Positions 40,290-53,672 of a stretch of DNA of 64,000 bases are shown here, piece by piece. Each line of letters opens with the position of its first letter. The stretch's first letter is position 1. This stretch comes from Eledone cirrhosa. Lineage: Eukaryota. The notes beneath the pieces are model-generated. The model was not told the DNA's origin, made no database searches, and saw only the letters and a list, made by a program, of their open reading frames with translations. The translations under genes and the position numbers were made by a program. Where the stretch lies: the NCBI GenBank assembly GCA_964016885.1, contig OZ024757.1:20956001-21020000 (forward strand). Reading direction: 5' to 3'.

Positions 40290-40552
40290 AGGCTGGTTGA
40301 TTTGAGGAGGAGAGGGGTGCCCTTCCTAGGTGCTCTCAAAGCATCAGGTGGTTTGGGATTGGTAAGGTACCTGAGTCGCACTTGGGTGGTTTTCCCGACT
40401 ATTGGGGAATTCTGTTGTTTGTCTTTTTGTTGTTTATTGTTATTATTGTTTTCTTTTACTCAAATGTTTTGGAAAGCCGCACTGTCGTTGTCTATTGTAT
40501 TATCCCCTATTTGTAGGTCCTTGAGGCCAATGGAGAAAGTATTATTATTATC
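40290..40552 (+). mobile_element. Probable LINE 3' UTR (possibly Tx1/L1-like) ending in (ATT)n
   Basis: GC-rich segment, then T-rich tract, then tgtattatcccctatttgtaggtccttgaggccaatggagaaag(tat)n, which resembles the 3' end at 6430-6475. Confidence 0.35.
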
Positions 40553-40889
40553 GTCACTGATATTATGATTATTATTATTGTTGTTGTTGTTGTTGTTGTT
40601 GTTAGGTCAGTGGATTGGCAGTATAGGTAGAATGTAGGACAACATGCTTTGTAGCACAGAGTTACTTCCCTTTACATCTTGAGTTCAAATCTACTTTGCC
40701 TTTCATACTTACAAATAAAGCACCAGTAATGCACTGAGGGTTGATTTAATTGCCTCTCTCTCCTCCTCCAAAATATGTTGGCCCTGTCCCTAAACTCAGT
40801 TGAATGAAGAAGATATATATCGTCCCTTGATTCACTTTAACAGGGAGATAACTCTCCCACCCTTGCAAGCAGGGAAAAGCGGACGTATA

Positions 40890-40937
<48 letters not shown>

Positions 40938-41542
40938 TGATTTGGACTGTAATAACCCATACAACCTACGACAGTATAGAAGGTAGATGTAAAATCATGA
41001 TAGTGATGGTGATGATTTGTGGTATATAGTTACGTCCCTTTATGTTCTGAGTTCAAATATACCCCCCACTGATCAATAAAATAAAGTACCAGTACAGTAA
41101 TGTACTGGCTCATTTTAATTGACTTTCCTATTTCCCTTCAAATTGCTGGCCTCCAGCGCAAAATCAGGAATCATCATTAATAGATCAGCTTCTCCTCCAG
41201 TTCTTACATTCTCACAATATAATTATCTGAGTATTGTCTAGACTAGTTGAATGTTGGAAGATTTAGCCTGTCAAATCTTCCAATTTATAATATGAAAACT
41301 GTCAAAAAGATAAGATGCCACCAACAAGAGAATTTGTTTTCTTAACCAAATTCTTTGGAGCTATGATCACGAAGAATTATAGTTTCATTTTTGCATTATC
41401 ATATTTTTCACGTCAATTTCAATTTATCATGCCAAAATTATTTGTTTTAAATTTGGAATAACTTTAGCTCTGCTGAAATAATGTTACAACATTATTCATT
41501 GATTTTACTTGATTTAGAATATGTTGGCCTTTTTTTTTTACT

Positions 41543-41594
<52 letters not shown>

Positions 41595-41624
41595 TCTGTA
41601 GAAGCCTTTGTGTTCTTGGTGACT

Positions 41625-43360
41625 ATAGTGGTGGTGGTGGTGGTGGGGATGGTAGTGGTGGTGGTGGTGGTAGTGGTGGTGGTAGTAGTGGTGCTGGTGT
41701 TGATGATGGTGGCGGTAGTGTTGGTGTTGATGATGGTGGTGGTAGTAGTGGTGCTGGTGTAGATGATGGTGGTGGTAGTAGTGGTGCTGGTGTTGATGAT
41801 GGTGGTGGTAGTAGTGGTGCTGGTGTAGATGATGGTGATGGTAGTAGTGGTGGTAGTAGTGGTGCTGGTGTAGATGATGGTGGCGGTAGTAGTGGTGCTG
41901 GTGTTGATGATGGTGGCGGTAGTAGTGGTGCTGGTGTAGATGATGGTGGTGGTAGTAGTGGTGGTAGTAGTGGTGCTGGTGTAGATGATGGTGGCGGTAG
42001 TAGTGGTGCTGGTGTTGATGATGGTGATGGTAGTAGTGGTGGTAGTAGTGGTGCTGGTGTAGATGATGGTGGCGGTAGTAGTGGTGCTGGTGTTGATGAT
42101 GGTGATGGTAGTAGTGGTGGTAGTAGTGGTGCTGGTGTAGATGATGGTGGCGGTAGTAGTGGTGCTGGTGTTGATGATGGTGGTAGTAGTGGTGCTGGTG
42201 TAGATGATGGTGGCGGTAGTAGTGGTGGTAGTAGTGGTGCTGGTGTAGATGATGGTGGCGGTAGTAGTGGTGCTGGTGTTGATGATGGTGATGGTAGTAG
42301 TGGTGGTAGTAGTGGTGCTGGTGTAGATGATGGTGGCGGTAGTAGTGGTGCTGGTGTTGATGATGGTGGTAGTAGTGGTGCTGGTGTAGATGATGGTGGC
42401 GGTAGTAGTGGTGGTAGTAGTGGTGCTGGTGTAGATGATGGTGGCGGTAGTAGTGGTGGTAGTAGTGGTGCTGGTGTAGATGATGGTGGCGGTAGTAGTG
42501 GTGCTGGTGTAGATGATGGTGGTGGTAGTAGTGGTGCTGGTGTTGATGATGGTGGTGGTAGTAGTGGTGCTGGTGTTGATGATGGTGGCGGTAGTAGTGG
42601 TGCTGGTGTAGATGATGGTGGCGGTAGTAGTGGTGCTGGTGTTGATGATGGTGGTGGTAGTAGTGGTGCTGGTGTAGATGATGGTGGTGGTAGTAGTGGT
42701 GCTGGTGTTGATGATGGTGGCGGTAGTAGTGGTGCTGGTGTTGATGATGGTGGCGGTAGTAGTGGTGCTGGTGTAGATGATGGTGGTGGTAGTAGTGGTG
42801 CTGGTGTAGATGATGGTGGCGGTAGTAGTGGTGCTGGTGTTGATGATGGTGGCGGTAGTAGTGGTGCTGGTGTAGATGATGGTGGCGGTAGTAGTGGTGG
42901 TAGTAGTGGTGCTGGTGTTGATGATGGTGATGGTAGTAGTGGTGGTAGTAGTGGTGCTGGTGTAGATGATGGTGGCGGTAGTAGTGGTGCTGGTGTAGAT
43001 GATGGTGGCGGTAGTAGTGGTGCTGGTGTAGATGATGGTGGCGGTAGTAGTGGTATTGGTGTAGATGATGGTGGCAGTAGTAGTGGTGCTGGTGTAGATG
43101 ATGGTGATGGTAGTAGTGGTGGTAGTAGTGGTGCTGGTGTTGATGATGGTGATGCTAGTGGTGGTAGTAGTGGTGTTGGTGATGGTGGTGATAGTAGTGG
43201 TGCTGGTGTAGATGATGGTGGCAGTAGTAGTGGTGTTGGTGTTGATGATGGAGATGCTAGTGGTGGTAGTAGTGGTGCTGGCGTTGATGATGGTGGCTGT
43301 GGTGATGGTGGGGTTGGCAGTACTGCTGGTGTTGTTGGTGGTGATGGCGGCTGTGGTGAT
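41625..43360. repeat. Trinucleotide-built minisatellite, 33-bp core unit
   Basis: ggtggcggtagtagtggtgctggtgtagatgat with variants that differ by multiples of 3 bp. Confidence 0.92.
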
Positions 43361-43499
43361 GAACACATTGGGTAATCTAGTTTGAGATATTACAAAGTGA
43401 CAGATTTCATGTCTAAATCTGTAGCTAAACAACAACAACAACAACAACAGCCACAAGGGTAACATTGACAACAATGACAACAACTTAACAATGATTTGA

Positions 43500-44345
43500 T
43501 GACAGTGTCTTTCATTAGAAATAGGTAATGAAAGGGTTAATGACATAGACAGTGTCTTTTATTAGAAATATGGTAATGAAAGGGTTAATGACATAGACAG
43601 TGTCTTTTATTAGAAATAGGTAATGAAAGGGTTAATGACATAGACAGTGTCTTTCATTAGAAATATGGTAATGAAAGGGTTAATGACATAGACAGTGTCT
43701 TTTATTAGAAATAGGTAATGAAAGGGTTAATGACATAGACAGTGTCTTTCATTAGAAATATGGTAATGAAAGGGTTAATGACATAGACAGTGTCTTTTAT
43801 TAGAAATAGGTAATGAAAGGGTTAATGACATAGACAGTGTCTTTTATTAGAAATAGGTAATGAAAGGGTTAATGACATAGACAGTGTCTTTCATTAGAAA
43901 TATGGTAATGAAAGGGTTAATGACATAGACAGTGTCTTTTATTAGAAATATGGTAATGAAAGGGTTAATGACATAGACAGTGTCTTTTATTAGAAATATG
44001 GTAATGAAAGGGTTAATGACATAGACAGTGTCTTTTATTAGAAATATGGTAATGAAAGGGTTAATGACATAGTGTCTTTCATTAGAAATAGGTAATGAAA
44101 GGGTTAATGACATAGACAGTGTCTTTCATTAGAAATATGGTAATGAAAAGGTTAATGACATAGACAGTGTCTTTCATTAGAAATAGGTAATGAAAGGGTT
44201 AATGACATAGACAGTGTCTTTCATTAGAAATAGGTAATGAAAGGGTTAATGACATAGACAGTGTCTTTCATTAGAAATAGGTAATGAAAGGGTTAATGAC
44301 ATAGACAGTGTCTTTCATTAGAAATATTGTAATGAAAGGGTTAAA
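43500..44345. repeat. 47-48-bp tandem array (~18 copies) containing a piggyBac-like end AAAGGG|TTAA
   Basis: Unit gacagtgtctttcattagaaata(t)ggtaatgaaagggttaatgacata. Confidence 0.9.
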
Positions 44346-44807
44346 TTTGAAATAGATATTTTTTTACTTCCTAAAACCCTGGTATATGGGTGGTATTTAT
44401 TTTATCAGTTCTGGTAGGAAATTACCAATTCTGGGTAGAAATTATTGGGCCCAGAATGAACATAGTTGATAAAAAAAACCTCAAAACAACACCAACGCAG
44501 AAATCCTCAATTTGTCTGATACTTTCTCAAATTCCTCAAATATATGTCACTTAATTGGTTGACATTAATTTCAATTTTCTTTTAATGAGATAATTAAGAA
44601 TGTTTAAGAATAGTTTTTACCAAAGATTTTTATTTATTTTTTCCTTGTTTTCTTGCAGTCTAGAAAAGACTATGGTTTATTGAAATTGGGCCATTAAAAA
44701 AATTATCATCATCATCATCATATATATATATATATATTCACACACACACACACATATATATACACACACACACACATATATATATACACACACACACACA
44801 TATATAT

Positions 44808-44858
<51 letters not shown>

Positions 44859-45084
44859 AATATATATATATATATACAAAACTATAGTTGTTTGCAATAG
44901 ATAATGCTATTTGTTGAATTTGTATCAATTTAAAGAACTAATGAAAGAAGAAGTAATACTTCTCCTGAAGATCAAAATGTTCTCCATTTTCCTCAAGCAA
45001 CAGATACAGAGAAGATTGCTTAGAAAGATGGAAATCTAGTTCCATGCGATGAGATGAAACAAAAATATTGTATAAATACATAAA

Positions 45085-45578
45085 TGTAAGGACATATTTT
45101 TAGACATCTTCCTTTAAATATAAGAAAAAATTCTTCTGTTGGTACAAAGTTACATATTTTTAGGGAGTAGTGAACAGTGGTGAAGATTCATGAATGTCAG
45201 GAAATGTTTTAGACATCTTCCTTTAAATAGAAGAAAAAGTTCTTCTGTTGGTACAAGGTTACATATTTTTAGGGAGTAGTGAACAGTGGTGAAGATTCAT
45301 GAATGTCAGGATATATTTTTAGACATCTTCCTTTAAATATAAGAAAAAGTTCTTCTGTTGGTACAAGGTTACATATTTTTAGGGAGTAGTGAACAGTGGT
45401 GAAGATTCATGAATGTCAGGAAATGTTTTAGACATCTTCCTTTAAATATAAGAAAAAGTTCTTCTGTTGGTACAAGGTTACATATTTTTAGGGAGTAGTG
45501 AACAGTGGTGAAGGTGCATGAATGTCAGGAAATGTTTTAGACATCTTCCTTTAAATATAAGAAAGTGTTGGCACAAGG
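45085..45578. repeat. ~109-bp tandem repeat, ~4.5 copies
   Basis: tagacatcttcctttaaat recurs at ~45101, 45210, 45320, 45429 and 45538. Confidence 0.9.
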
Positions 45579-45845
45579 CTGTTTCTAAGTTAAGGCTGAT
45601 CAGATTGTGCTTATCTCCATTTTCCTTGGGTTTGAGCAGCTGAGAGTACAAGACTCTTCCTGGATAGGATGCCGGCCTATCGCAGGAATAACTCCCCCCA
45701 GTTATTGCTGGTACTCACTTTCAGCTGAGTGTAGTGGAGCAGCATGAAATAAAGTGTTTTGCTCAAGAGCATAATGCAGCAGCTTGTCCAGGAATGGAAC
45801 CAATGATATGATTGTAAGTCCAGCATCATAACCATTAGACCATGT
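45579..45845 (-). mobile_element. SINE-C with 13-bp target-site duplication
   Basis: TSD tgttggcacaagg at 45566-45578 and 45846-45858; CORE-like segment on the minus strand. Confidence 0.7.
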
Positions 45846-45924
45846 TGTTGGCACAAGGTCACACATTTTTAGGGAGCAGGGAGCAGTGGTGTGTATATTA
45901 GAGAAGCAAGAACTGTATTATCTT

Positions 45925-46138
45925 AATACAATGAAATCATATCCGCTCTCTTGCTCTGGAACCCTGACTCCAGCCTGACTAGGAGTAGGAAGCTGTCATT
46001 CCCTGGCGTTATCTCTAGGGATACGGGAATCAGCAGACAGGACCTGGGGGCAGCGATGGGGGACAGGGGATTCTGGGGCATGAGAGTGGGATCCATCATC
46101 TCGACAGTAGTCAACGAGTGATGATGATGATGATGATT
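45925..46138 (+). mobile_element. RTE/RTE-X-like LINE 3' fragment
   Basis: NEIISALLLWNP...FPGVISRDTGISRQDLGAAMGDRGFW, followed directly by (TGA)n. Confidence 0.7.
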
Positions 46139-46419
46139 ATCTTAAGGTTTATCCTGCAGGGACCATCACCACCATTGACTTTTTTTTTATGCTATGGTAG
46201 AGTGATATATTGAAGTGCCAGAAGTGGCCCCAAATACCTTAAAGACTAGTGGCCTGTCTATGGGTTAATACGACTCAGATGTAGTAGGGTAAAATGGTGA
46301 AGTAGCAGGCAAGAGAGCGGGGTTGGAATTGGGGTGAAATACCTGAAAGCCCAAGTCACAAGTATGTCACTCTGGTTGACTGTGTCCATCAGGACATTTC
46401 AGCAGGCCTTACACACAAA

Positions 46420-47066
46420 ATACACCACTACAAACATCACCACCAGCACCACTACTACTGCTACTACTACCACCACCACCACTACTACTGCTACTACTAC
46501 TATTACTACTACAACTACTATTACTACTACAACTACTACTACTAATACTATTACAACTACAACTACTACTGCTGCTACTGCTACTACTACTACTACAACT
46601 ATTACTACTACCACTACTACAACTATTATTACTACTACCACTACTACAACTATTATTATTACTACTACCACTACTACAACTATTATTATTACTACTACCA
46701 CTACTATATTTCCTGGTCTAATGCCAAGTACAAGCGAACATTTTAACACAGATGTGTTACACAGGCACAAACCAGACATACAGACACACAACACACACAC
46801 ACCACAACACACACACTAAGACACACAACACACACACTAAGACACACAACACACACACTAAGACACACAACACAACACACATAACACACACACTAAGACA
46901 CACAACACACACAACATACACACTTAGACATGCAACACACACAGTAAGACACACAACACGCACACTAAGACACAACACACACACTAAGACACAACACACA
47001 CACTCTGCCACAGACTTACAACTATTAGGGTAGACTATAGCTATATAGACAGTAGTAGTAGTAGTG

Positions 47067-47131
<65 letters not shown>

Positions 47132-47205
47132 GGTGGTGGTGGTGGTAGTGGTGGTGGTGGTGGTAGTAGTAGTAGTATTAGTAGTAGTAGTGGTAGTAGT
47201 AGTAA

Positions 47206-47236
<31 letters not shown>

Positions 47237-47540
47237 GGTGGTGGTAGTAGTAGTAGTGGTGGTAGTAGTAGTAGTAGTAGTAGTGGTGGTAGTAGTGGTA
47301 GTAGTAGTAGTAGTAGTAGTAGCAGTAGTAGTAGTAGTGGTGGTAGTAGTGGTAGTAGTAGTAGTAGTAGTAGTGGTGGTAGTGGTAGTAGTAGTAGTAG
47401 TAATGGCAAGCAAAGCATAATATGAAGAACAAAATCCAATATTATGTAAGTTGAAAGCAGCTAGATAGATAATAGTACATACATACGTATATATATATAT
47501 ATACACACACACACATATACATACACACACATGTATATAT

Positions 47541-47575
<35 letters not shown>

Positions 47576-47675
47576 CACACACACACATTTATATAATCAT
47601 ATATGTATACACACACACACATATTATATATATATCTATATATTATATATATATACATATATATATATACACATA

Positions 47676-47707
<32 letters not shown>

Positions 47708-47732
47708 CATATATATATATATACACACATAT

Positions 47733-47764
<32 letters not shown>

Positions 47765-47827
47765 CAAATATATATCTATATGTATAGATAGATATATATG
47801 TGTATATATATATATATATGTATATAT

Positions 47828-47911
<84 letters not shown>

Positions 47912-47926
47912 TTATATGTATATATG

Positions 47927-47960
<34 letters not shown>

Positions 47961-47995
47961 ATGTATATATATATATATATATATAGGTGTGTATG

Positions 47996-48075
<80 letters not shown>
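46420..48075. repeat. Cluster of (ACT)n, CA-rich, (GTA/GGT)n and (TA)n microsatellites
   Basis: Directly visible. Confidence 0.9.
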
Positions 48076-48084
<9 letters not shown>

Positions 48085-48441
48085 CAGAGAGGGGGAGAGA
48101 GAGACATACAGATGAGAGAAATAGAAAAAGAAATTGCAGCCAGATTCTGCCAAGACTGATTAGGAGATAGACTAAGTTTAATCAATGAAGAGGAAGTCAT
48201 TCTTTGATTGATAACTTTCAAGCTGTACACATAGTCTAAAGTTTGTATGAACCACCCTCACTGTTCTCCCCACATCGTATTACTGGTATTGATATTTCTT
48301 TAATTGACTCATGGGTTAGGGGAATGAAGTTAAAAGCTCTTTCTTTGTGGCATTGCAGCAGCCATGTCCTGTGTGCTGACCTTGACATAACCCTATTATA
48401 TATATTTTAGATTATTCAGTCATTTTGGGGAGTAAACTTCA

Positions 48442-49672
48442 GGTGGATTGGCAGTATCGGTAGAGGGTCGGACGCCATGCTTTGACGCATGGAGTTACAG
48501 CCCTTGCCATTCTGAGTTCAAATCCCGCCGAGGTTAACTTCGCCTTTCACCCTTACGGGGGTCGATAAAATAAAGTACCAGTAATACACTGGGTAATTTG
48601 ATGGCCTTGTGCCAAACGTAGAAATAGTATAGTTTAGGAATTATAACATCCAGTTACTGTAGGTTCACCAAAGTGAGCACTCAATACATGGTCTCCAGTA
48701 TATATTTTGGGGTTGCACTAAACAGAGTGTAAGAATTGTTTCTACTTTTGGCACAAGGCCAGCAATTACCCCAGTGCATTACTGGTACTTTATTTTATCG
48801 ACCCCGTAAGGATGAAAGGCAAAGGTAACCTCGGCGGGATTTGAACTCTGAACATAAAGGGCCGTAACTCTATGCTAGAAAGCATGGCGTCTGACCCTCT
48901 ACCGATACTGCCAATCCACCGCCCATATATCACTAATAATAATTGTTTCTACTTTTGGCACAAGGCCAGCAATTATCCCAGTGCATTACTGGTACTTTAT
49001 TTTATCGACCCCGTAAGGATGAAAGGAAAAGGTGAACTCTGCAGGATTTGAACTCGTATGTAAAAGGATGTAACTATGCCGGGAAGCAAGGTGTCTGACA
49101 CTTTTACTAACACTGCCAATCTCCTGCCTGGTGGATTGGTAGTATCAGTAGTGATAATTGTTTCTACTTTTGGCACAAGGCCAGCAATTACCCCAGTGAA
49201 TTACTGGTACTTTATTTTATCCACCCCGTAAGGATGAAAGGCAAAGTTAACCTCGGCGGGATTTGAACTCAGAATGGCAAGGGCCGTAACTCTATACGTC
49301 AAAGCATGGTGTCCGACCTTCTACCAATACTGCCAATAAGCTGATGATAATGTTGATGAATACCAGATACAGTGCTTCAATAGTAGTAGTAGTAGTAGTA
49401 GCAGCAGTAGTAGTAGCAGCAGCAGTAGTAGTAGTAGTAGTAGTAGTAGTAGCTATAGCTTTAGCAGCAGTAGTAAACAATAATAATTGTTTCTACTTAT
49501 GGCACAAGGCCAGCAATTACCCAGTACATTACTGGTATTTATTTTATCGACCCCGTAAGGATGAAAGTCAAAGTTAACCTCGGCGGGATTTGAACTCAGA
49601 TCACAAAGGGCGATATCTCTATGCTTCAAAGCATGGCGTCCTGCTCTCTACCGATACTGCCAATCCACCGCC
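48442..49672. mobile_element. Cluster of five SINE-B copies (+ 48442-48625; - 48734-48924, 48935-49128, 49155-49336, 49480-49672)
   Basis: Each carries the Meta-like motif and the gaaacaatt-type end. Confidence 0.85.
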
Positions 49673-49797
49673 CTTTATGCTAATCCAGTAATAATAATGT
49701 GCCAAATCCTCTCAATATTGAGAAATAAATGGTCCAGTAAAGTTGTGACTGACGCTATTCAGGAAGAGGTACTAAATACTGGCAATGAAGGAGATCC

Positions 49798-50828
49798 TTT
49801 TTTCACGCTCAGAGTTGCTGAAGCATGGAACAAACTGCCTGCGTCAGTTGTTAGCTGCCGAGACACTGCATCCTTTAAAACCTTCATGGAACAAACTGCC
49901 TGCATCAGTTGTTAGCTGCCGAGACACTGCATCCTTTAAAACCTCCATGGAACAAACTGCCTGCGTCAGTTGTTAGCTGCCGAGACACTGCATCCTTTAA
50001 AACCTCCATGGAACAAACTGCCTGTGTCAGTTGTTAGCTGCCGAGACACTGCATCCTTTAAAACCTCCATGGAACAAACTGCCTGTGTCAGTTGTTAGCT
50101 GCCGAGACACTGCATCCTTTAAAACCTCCATGGAACAAACTGCCTGCGTCAGTTGTTAGCTGCCGAGACACTGCATCCTTTAAAACCTCCATCGAACAAA
50201 CTGCCTGTGTCAGTTGTTAGCTGCCGAGACACTGCATCCTTTAAAACCTCCATGGAACAAACTGCCTGTGTCAGTTGTTAGCTGCCGAGACACTGCATCC
50301 TTTAAGACCTCCATGGAACAAACTGCCTGCGTCAGTTGTTAGCTGCCGAGACACTGCATCCTTTAAAGCCTCCATGGAACAAACTGCCTGCATCAGTTGT
50401 TAGCTGCCAAGACACTGCATCCTTTAAAACCTCCATGGAACAAACTGCCTGTGTTAGTTGTTAGCTGCCGAGACACTGCATCCTTTAAGACACTCATGCT
50501 TCCCGAAATACGCCAAAACTACACCTGATGTACCCCTTCCATACACATGCACACGTGTGTGTATCATGACTCGTGCACTGTTCATTTTACTGATGTTTGT
50601 GCATTGCCCTATGTACTGTACATGCACTTTTTGATGAGTTGTGGTGCACCTGGGCACTGTACACAATATTTCATTATTATTATTGTTGTTGTTATTATAT
50701 CATGACTCATACACTGTTCATTTTCCTGACATTTGTACATTATTCTATGTACTATACATGCACCTTTGATGAGTTGTAGTGCACCTGAGCACTGTACATA
50801 ATAATTTCATTATTATTATTATTATTAT
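49798..50828 (+). mobile_element. CR1 3' fragment with an internal 61-bp segment amplified ~11 times and a duplicated 3' UTR
   Basis: FFTLRVAEAWNKLPASVVSCRDTASFK; unit catggaacaaactgcctgYgtcagttgttagctgccgagacactgcatcctttaaaacctc. Confidence 0.88.
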
Positions 50829-51203
50829 CATGGGACACCAAAATACATGAAAGTGAGAATGGAGAAGAAGAAAGTGAGTGAGAATGACCAGATGATGATG
50901 ATGATGATGATGATCAGAGAGACAGCCGAGGAAAGAGGAATTGGCCCAGCTAGATGAAAATCTATTTGGGTGATAAAATGGTGGGTACACTGACATGGCT
51001 AAGAGAGATGTATGATACTGATGAACCTGAAAAACCTGCAAGTCTAAGATATGAATTTGTTAATAGAATTTGTGTAGGTGCTGAAGTAGCAAAAGTGAAT
51101 TCCCTTTTGCCGTATATACAGACATTTAATGCCACGGAAGTGCAGCTGGTACGCTAGTTGGAGAAAGAGTCTCAATACGTTAGTACAATATAAGCATCTT
51201 TAT

Positions 51204-51326
51204 TTTATATAAAAATGACTTCTAGAGGACTAGAACTGTTTCAATCATATGAAATCATTGGGAACGTACTGATGATTTCAGATAAATGAAATAGTTCTAG
51301 TCCTGTAGAAGTCATTTCTATATAAA
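51204..51326. repeat. Imperfect inverted repeat containing a hammerhead-like core
   Basis: Arms ~55 bp; right arm reads CTGATGA-tttcagataaat-GAAA-tagttcta-GTC. Confidence 0.65.
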
Positions 51327-52247
51327 TATGTATAAATATGATGCTAAATCCCTTAATATTCAAGGTCTGGGATGTTAATTCGTACAATTTAAAAAACATT
51401 TTACCCTATGGATTACATTAACTTGAAGTTTCAATGCATCATATTTTATATGTAATCACATGTAACTCCTGTTTTGCAACTGGGTCATCCCCACTCCCAC
51501 TCCAGTAGAACGTTCATTCTTTATACATCTCTTTTCATGACAATTCTGTGTCTCCTGCAACATATCTGGAACTTTATAACATCATCAATCCTCTGCAAGG
51601 ATGAAAGAGTAGTTGAGTCTTTAACGCAATACGTTCTAGAACAATCTGCTTATCACTAATATTAATTACACTTATACTAATTAAACTTGTTCTAATTACA
51701 TTTAGTTCACACTAATAAACGTTATATTTATTTAAAACTAATCACACTAATTACATTTATTTAACACATGTGCTAATTAAATATTTTTTAACACAATTCT
51801 TTCTAATATTGGTACGGGGCCAGCAATCTAAAGGGAAACTTAATTACATTGACTCCAGTACTTTACTGGTAGTTTATTGATCTCAGAAAGATGAAAGGTA
51901 AAATTGACCTCAGTGGAATTTGAACTCAGAATATAGAAATGTGTAAGTAAATACCACAAAACATTTCGTCTGATGCTCTACTGATTCTGCCAATCCACAC
52001 CAATCTTGTTTAAAACCACACCTGGTTCTATGAAAGAGAACCAATTATTTTAAAACTTAAATCTTTCAACATAATTTTACATAAGAATCATATTAAGTTA
52101 CTATTCTAGTAATGAAATTATTAATGATTTTAGTAAACCCCTTTAAATTCTTCATTAATCATTTTGATACCAACTTGTCTTAAACCAACTCTCATTCTAT
52201 GAAATAAAATCCCCCATCTTACTGAGTTCCAATTTAAATAAGAACCA

Positions 52248-52994
52248 CCTAGGTAGGTAACTAGCTATGTGTGGTTACACACTTGTAAAAATTATCTCCT
52301 GTGATTATTCATGTTTATTTATATGTTAATCAATCTCTAGTTATTATAAAATGCTCGGACCTACTCGTTAGAATCTTAGAGCTTATTTTATGGGTGATAT
52401 GGCGCATGTCTTTCTGGCATGACACCCATAATTTTGATTTAGATTAAATTCATTTGATTTATCTTAATTTTGGATATAGATATATAAATACGGCTCCTTA
52501 ATTGTAGAGCTAACTCTGTTGAAAGGACTCGACTGATGTTTCTAATTGTCGATAGCCCTATTCACGCCACTGGGACGAAGCTAGTATGATGTGTGTATTT
52601 CTAGTAAATACTACACGTGCTGGCCAGTCGCTGATTTGAACTTGAAGTGTAAACAAGGATTGCTGGAAATTTCTTCCTTGTTGAAAATCCAAGTCTCCAC
52701 TTCCGTGGTTTACCATCCGATTAATTGGTGAAATATATTTCTTTAATGGAATATATACAGGGAAGATTAATCATATTATAAGGTATCTATTTTTGAAGTT
52801 CTGGTCAACTTTATTTAGTTACCTACCTAGCTATGTGTGGTTACACACTTGTAAAAATTATCTCCTGTGATTATTCATGTTTATTTATATGTATAGCTTA
52901 TTTTACGGGTGATATGGCGCATGTCTTTCTGGCATGACACCCATAATTTTGACTTAGATTAAATTCATTTGATTTATCTTAATTTTGGATATAG

Positions 52995-52995
<1 letters not shown>
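52248..52995 (-). mobile_element. Decayed Penelope-like element with direct pLTR-like repeats
   Basis: 52261-52480 is repeated (with a deletion) at 52827-52995; short inversion ctaggtaggtaact/agttacctacctag; minus-strand remnants SATGQH and TIKE resemble a GIY-YIG C-terminus. Confidence 0.45.
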
Positions 52996-53025
<30 letters not shown>

Positions 53026-53356
53026 TATATATATAAGCTTGAAACTAGTACATCGTTCCTATGTCAGTGTTGAACAAAAAGGTGATGTGGTTGCCTAAAC
53101 ACTGAACGGCGTAATTCGGGCTGTTTGTTTGTTTACAAACAAACCGAGCATTATAATAAATGTTCGGTAAACCGATACGTGCATGTATATATGTGTGCAT
53201 GTGTGTATATATATATATACATACTACTGAACGTCTGTATACATATATGTATGTACGTATACATACATGCATACTTACATTTAAGTAAGTGCCGTACGAA
53301 GAGTGAGAAATGAAATTTTGTTTCATTCTATTCCATTTATATATATATATATATAA

Positions 53357-53672
53357 TGGCGGCATATGGCTTAATGGTTAGAGCATTGGCCTTGCAATCG
53401 AAAGATTGTGAGTTCAATTCTCAGACCGGGTGATGTGTTGTTTCCTTGAGCAAGACACTTTATTTCACATTGCTCCAGTTTACTCAGCTGTAGAAATGAG
53501 ATGATAGGGACTGGGGTCCATATCATTCCACTGGACGTGTAGGTGCCACGGCAAAAAAGCACCCAGCACTCATTGTAAATGAGGTTGGTGTTAGGAAGGG
53601 CATCCAGCTGTAGAAATCAAGCCAGAATCAGTTCCCGTCCCACCCTTGCCAGCATGGAAAAGCGGATGTAAA

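Noticed and set aside
41549-43546. 665-aa Thr-rich and 581-aa Pro-rich minus-strand ORFs as mucin or extensin genes
   Set aside because: Products of a trinucleotide minisatellite; the long ORF starts in another satellite and ends in (TA)n
47461-48230. Numerous YI/CV-rich ORFs across the window
   Set aside because: Translations of (TA)n and (CA)n microsatellites
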